Origin: Actinomycetota bacterium
Lineage (GTDB): Bacteria > Actinomycetota > Actinomycetes > Actinomycetales > Microbacteriaceae
Length of the DNA: 64,000 bases
Assembly (NCBI GenBank): GCA_041191585.1
Contig: JBEEOO010000001.1
Span: 63,097 to 127,096, forward strand
Direction of reading: 5' to 3'
Below are positions 63,265-64,000 of this stretch, piece by piece. The notes below the pieces were generated by a model that saw only the letters and a program-made list of their open reading frames with translations, did not search any database and was not told the DNA's origin. Position 1 is the stretch's first letter; each line of letters starts with the position of its first letter. Both the position numbers and the translations under genes were made by a program.

Positions 63265-64000
63265 CTAACTAACTAGGCCGGCGGCGAATTCTGTGGCATC
63301 AAAGAAAGCAAAGTCATCAATACCTTCACCAACGCCAACCAATTTAACTGGGATGTTCAGCTCGCGCTGGATTGAGTAGACGATTCCACCACGAGCAGTT
63401 CCGTCAAGCTTGGTGAGCACCACTCCGGTGACGTTGGCAACCTCGGCGAAAGCTTTCGCTTGGGTCAATCCGTTTTGACCTGTGGTTGCATCGAGCACTA
63501 AAAGCACCTCGCTGATTTGAGCGGTCTTTTCAACAACGCGTCTGATTTTGTCGAGCTCTTGCATCAGGTCGGCCTTGTTCTGCAGGCGACCGGCGGTATC
63601 AATGATCAGAATGTCTGCGTCATCTCTGACCGCGGTTTCAGTGGCCTCAAACGCAACCGAAGCTGGGTCTTGACCCTCGATTTTTGGCCTAACCAGCTTG
63701 GCGCCGGCTCGGTCTGCCCAAGTAGCAATTTGGTCTACCGCTGCTGCTCTAAAGGTGTCAGCGGCACCGATTACGACGTCCCACTCTCCTTCTCGCAGCC
63801 AGTTGGCAAGTTTTCCGATGGTGGTGGTTTTGCCAACACCATTCACACCAACAACCAAGAACACGTATGGAAGCTTGCCGTCGCTTAGGTTCAGCGCCTT
63901 GTCTTCACGTTCAAGGTTTGAGGCAATTACGTCAGCCAAAATTTGCTTCAGTTCAGCTTCGGTCTGAGCACCAGTTTGCTTGGCGGTTGCTTTGACCTGG
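63265..64000 (-). CDS. ftsY: SRP receptor FtsY (5' end outside the window)
   Basis: GVNGVGKTTT, DTFRAAA, DTAGRL, TKLDGTARGG. Confidence 0.96.
   Translation of the reverse strand, partial: QVKATAKQTGAQTEAELKQILADVIASNLEREDKALNLSDGKLPYVFLVVGVNGVGKTTTIGKLANWLREGEWDVVIGAADTFRAAAVDQIATWADRAGAKLVRPKIEGQDPASVAFEATETAVRDDADILIIDTAGRLQNKADLMQELDKIRRVVEKTAQISEVLLVLDATTGQNGLTQAKAFAEVANVTGVVLTKLDGTARGGIVYSIQRELNIPVKLVGVGEGIDDFAFFDATEFAAGLVS

Overview
Core-genome stretch of a streamlined, roughly 50-55% GC actinobacterium. Protein similarity and gene order suggest Microbacteriaceae, probably a Rhodoluna/Aquiluna-like freshwater lineage (inference). It contains tig, four tRNAs, nei-rpiB-pepN, ettA-ssbB, ald/aldR, khtTU, an RND pump, orn, gatCAB, ligA-mnmA-iscS, glgX-glgE-glgB, a DivIVA/cell-wall block, cdsA-frr-pyrH-tsf-rpsB, yraN-comM-dprA-xerC, and rnhB-lepB-rplS-trmD-rimM-khpA-rpsP-ffh-ftsY. 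I saw no mobile element, prophage or CRISPR array. The most notable signal is a 13-bp DnaA-box-like motif, TTWTGCACAGATT. It occurs in three intergenic regions, each time with its first 10 nt (TTWTGCACAG) ending exactly 37 nt upstream of a degenerate -10 hexamer. The three targets are ssbB, the yraN-comM-dprA-xerC operon and a degenerate M23 peptidase, which suggests an undescribed activator-dependent natural-transformation regulon. Other notable items: a ThrC-like enzyme paired with a sulfur carrier ending GGF, a 22-bp bidirectional leaderless promoter, widespread leaderless promoters, candidate L19/S16 leader RNAs, and a membrane protein with an internal lipobox. All calls come from reading the sequence by eye; no searches were run.
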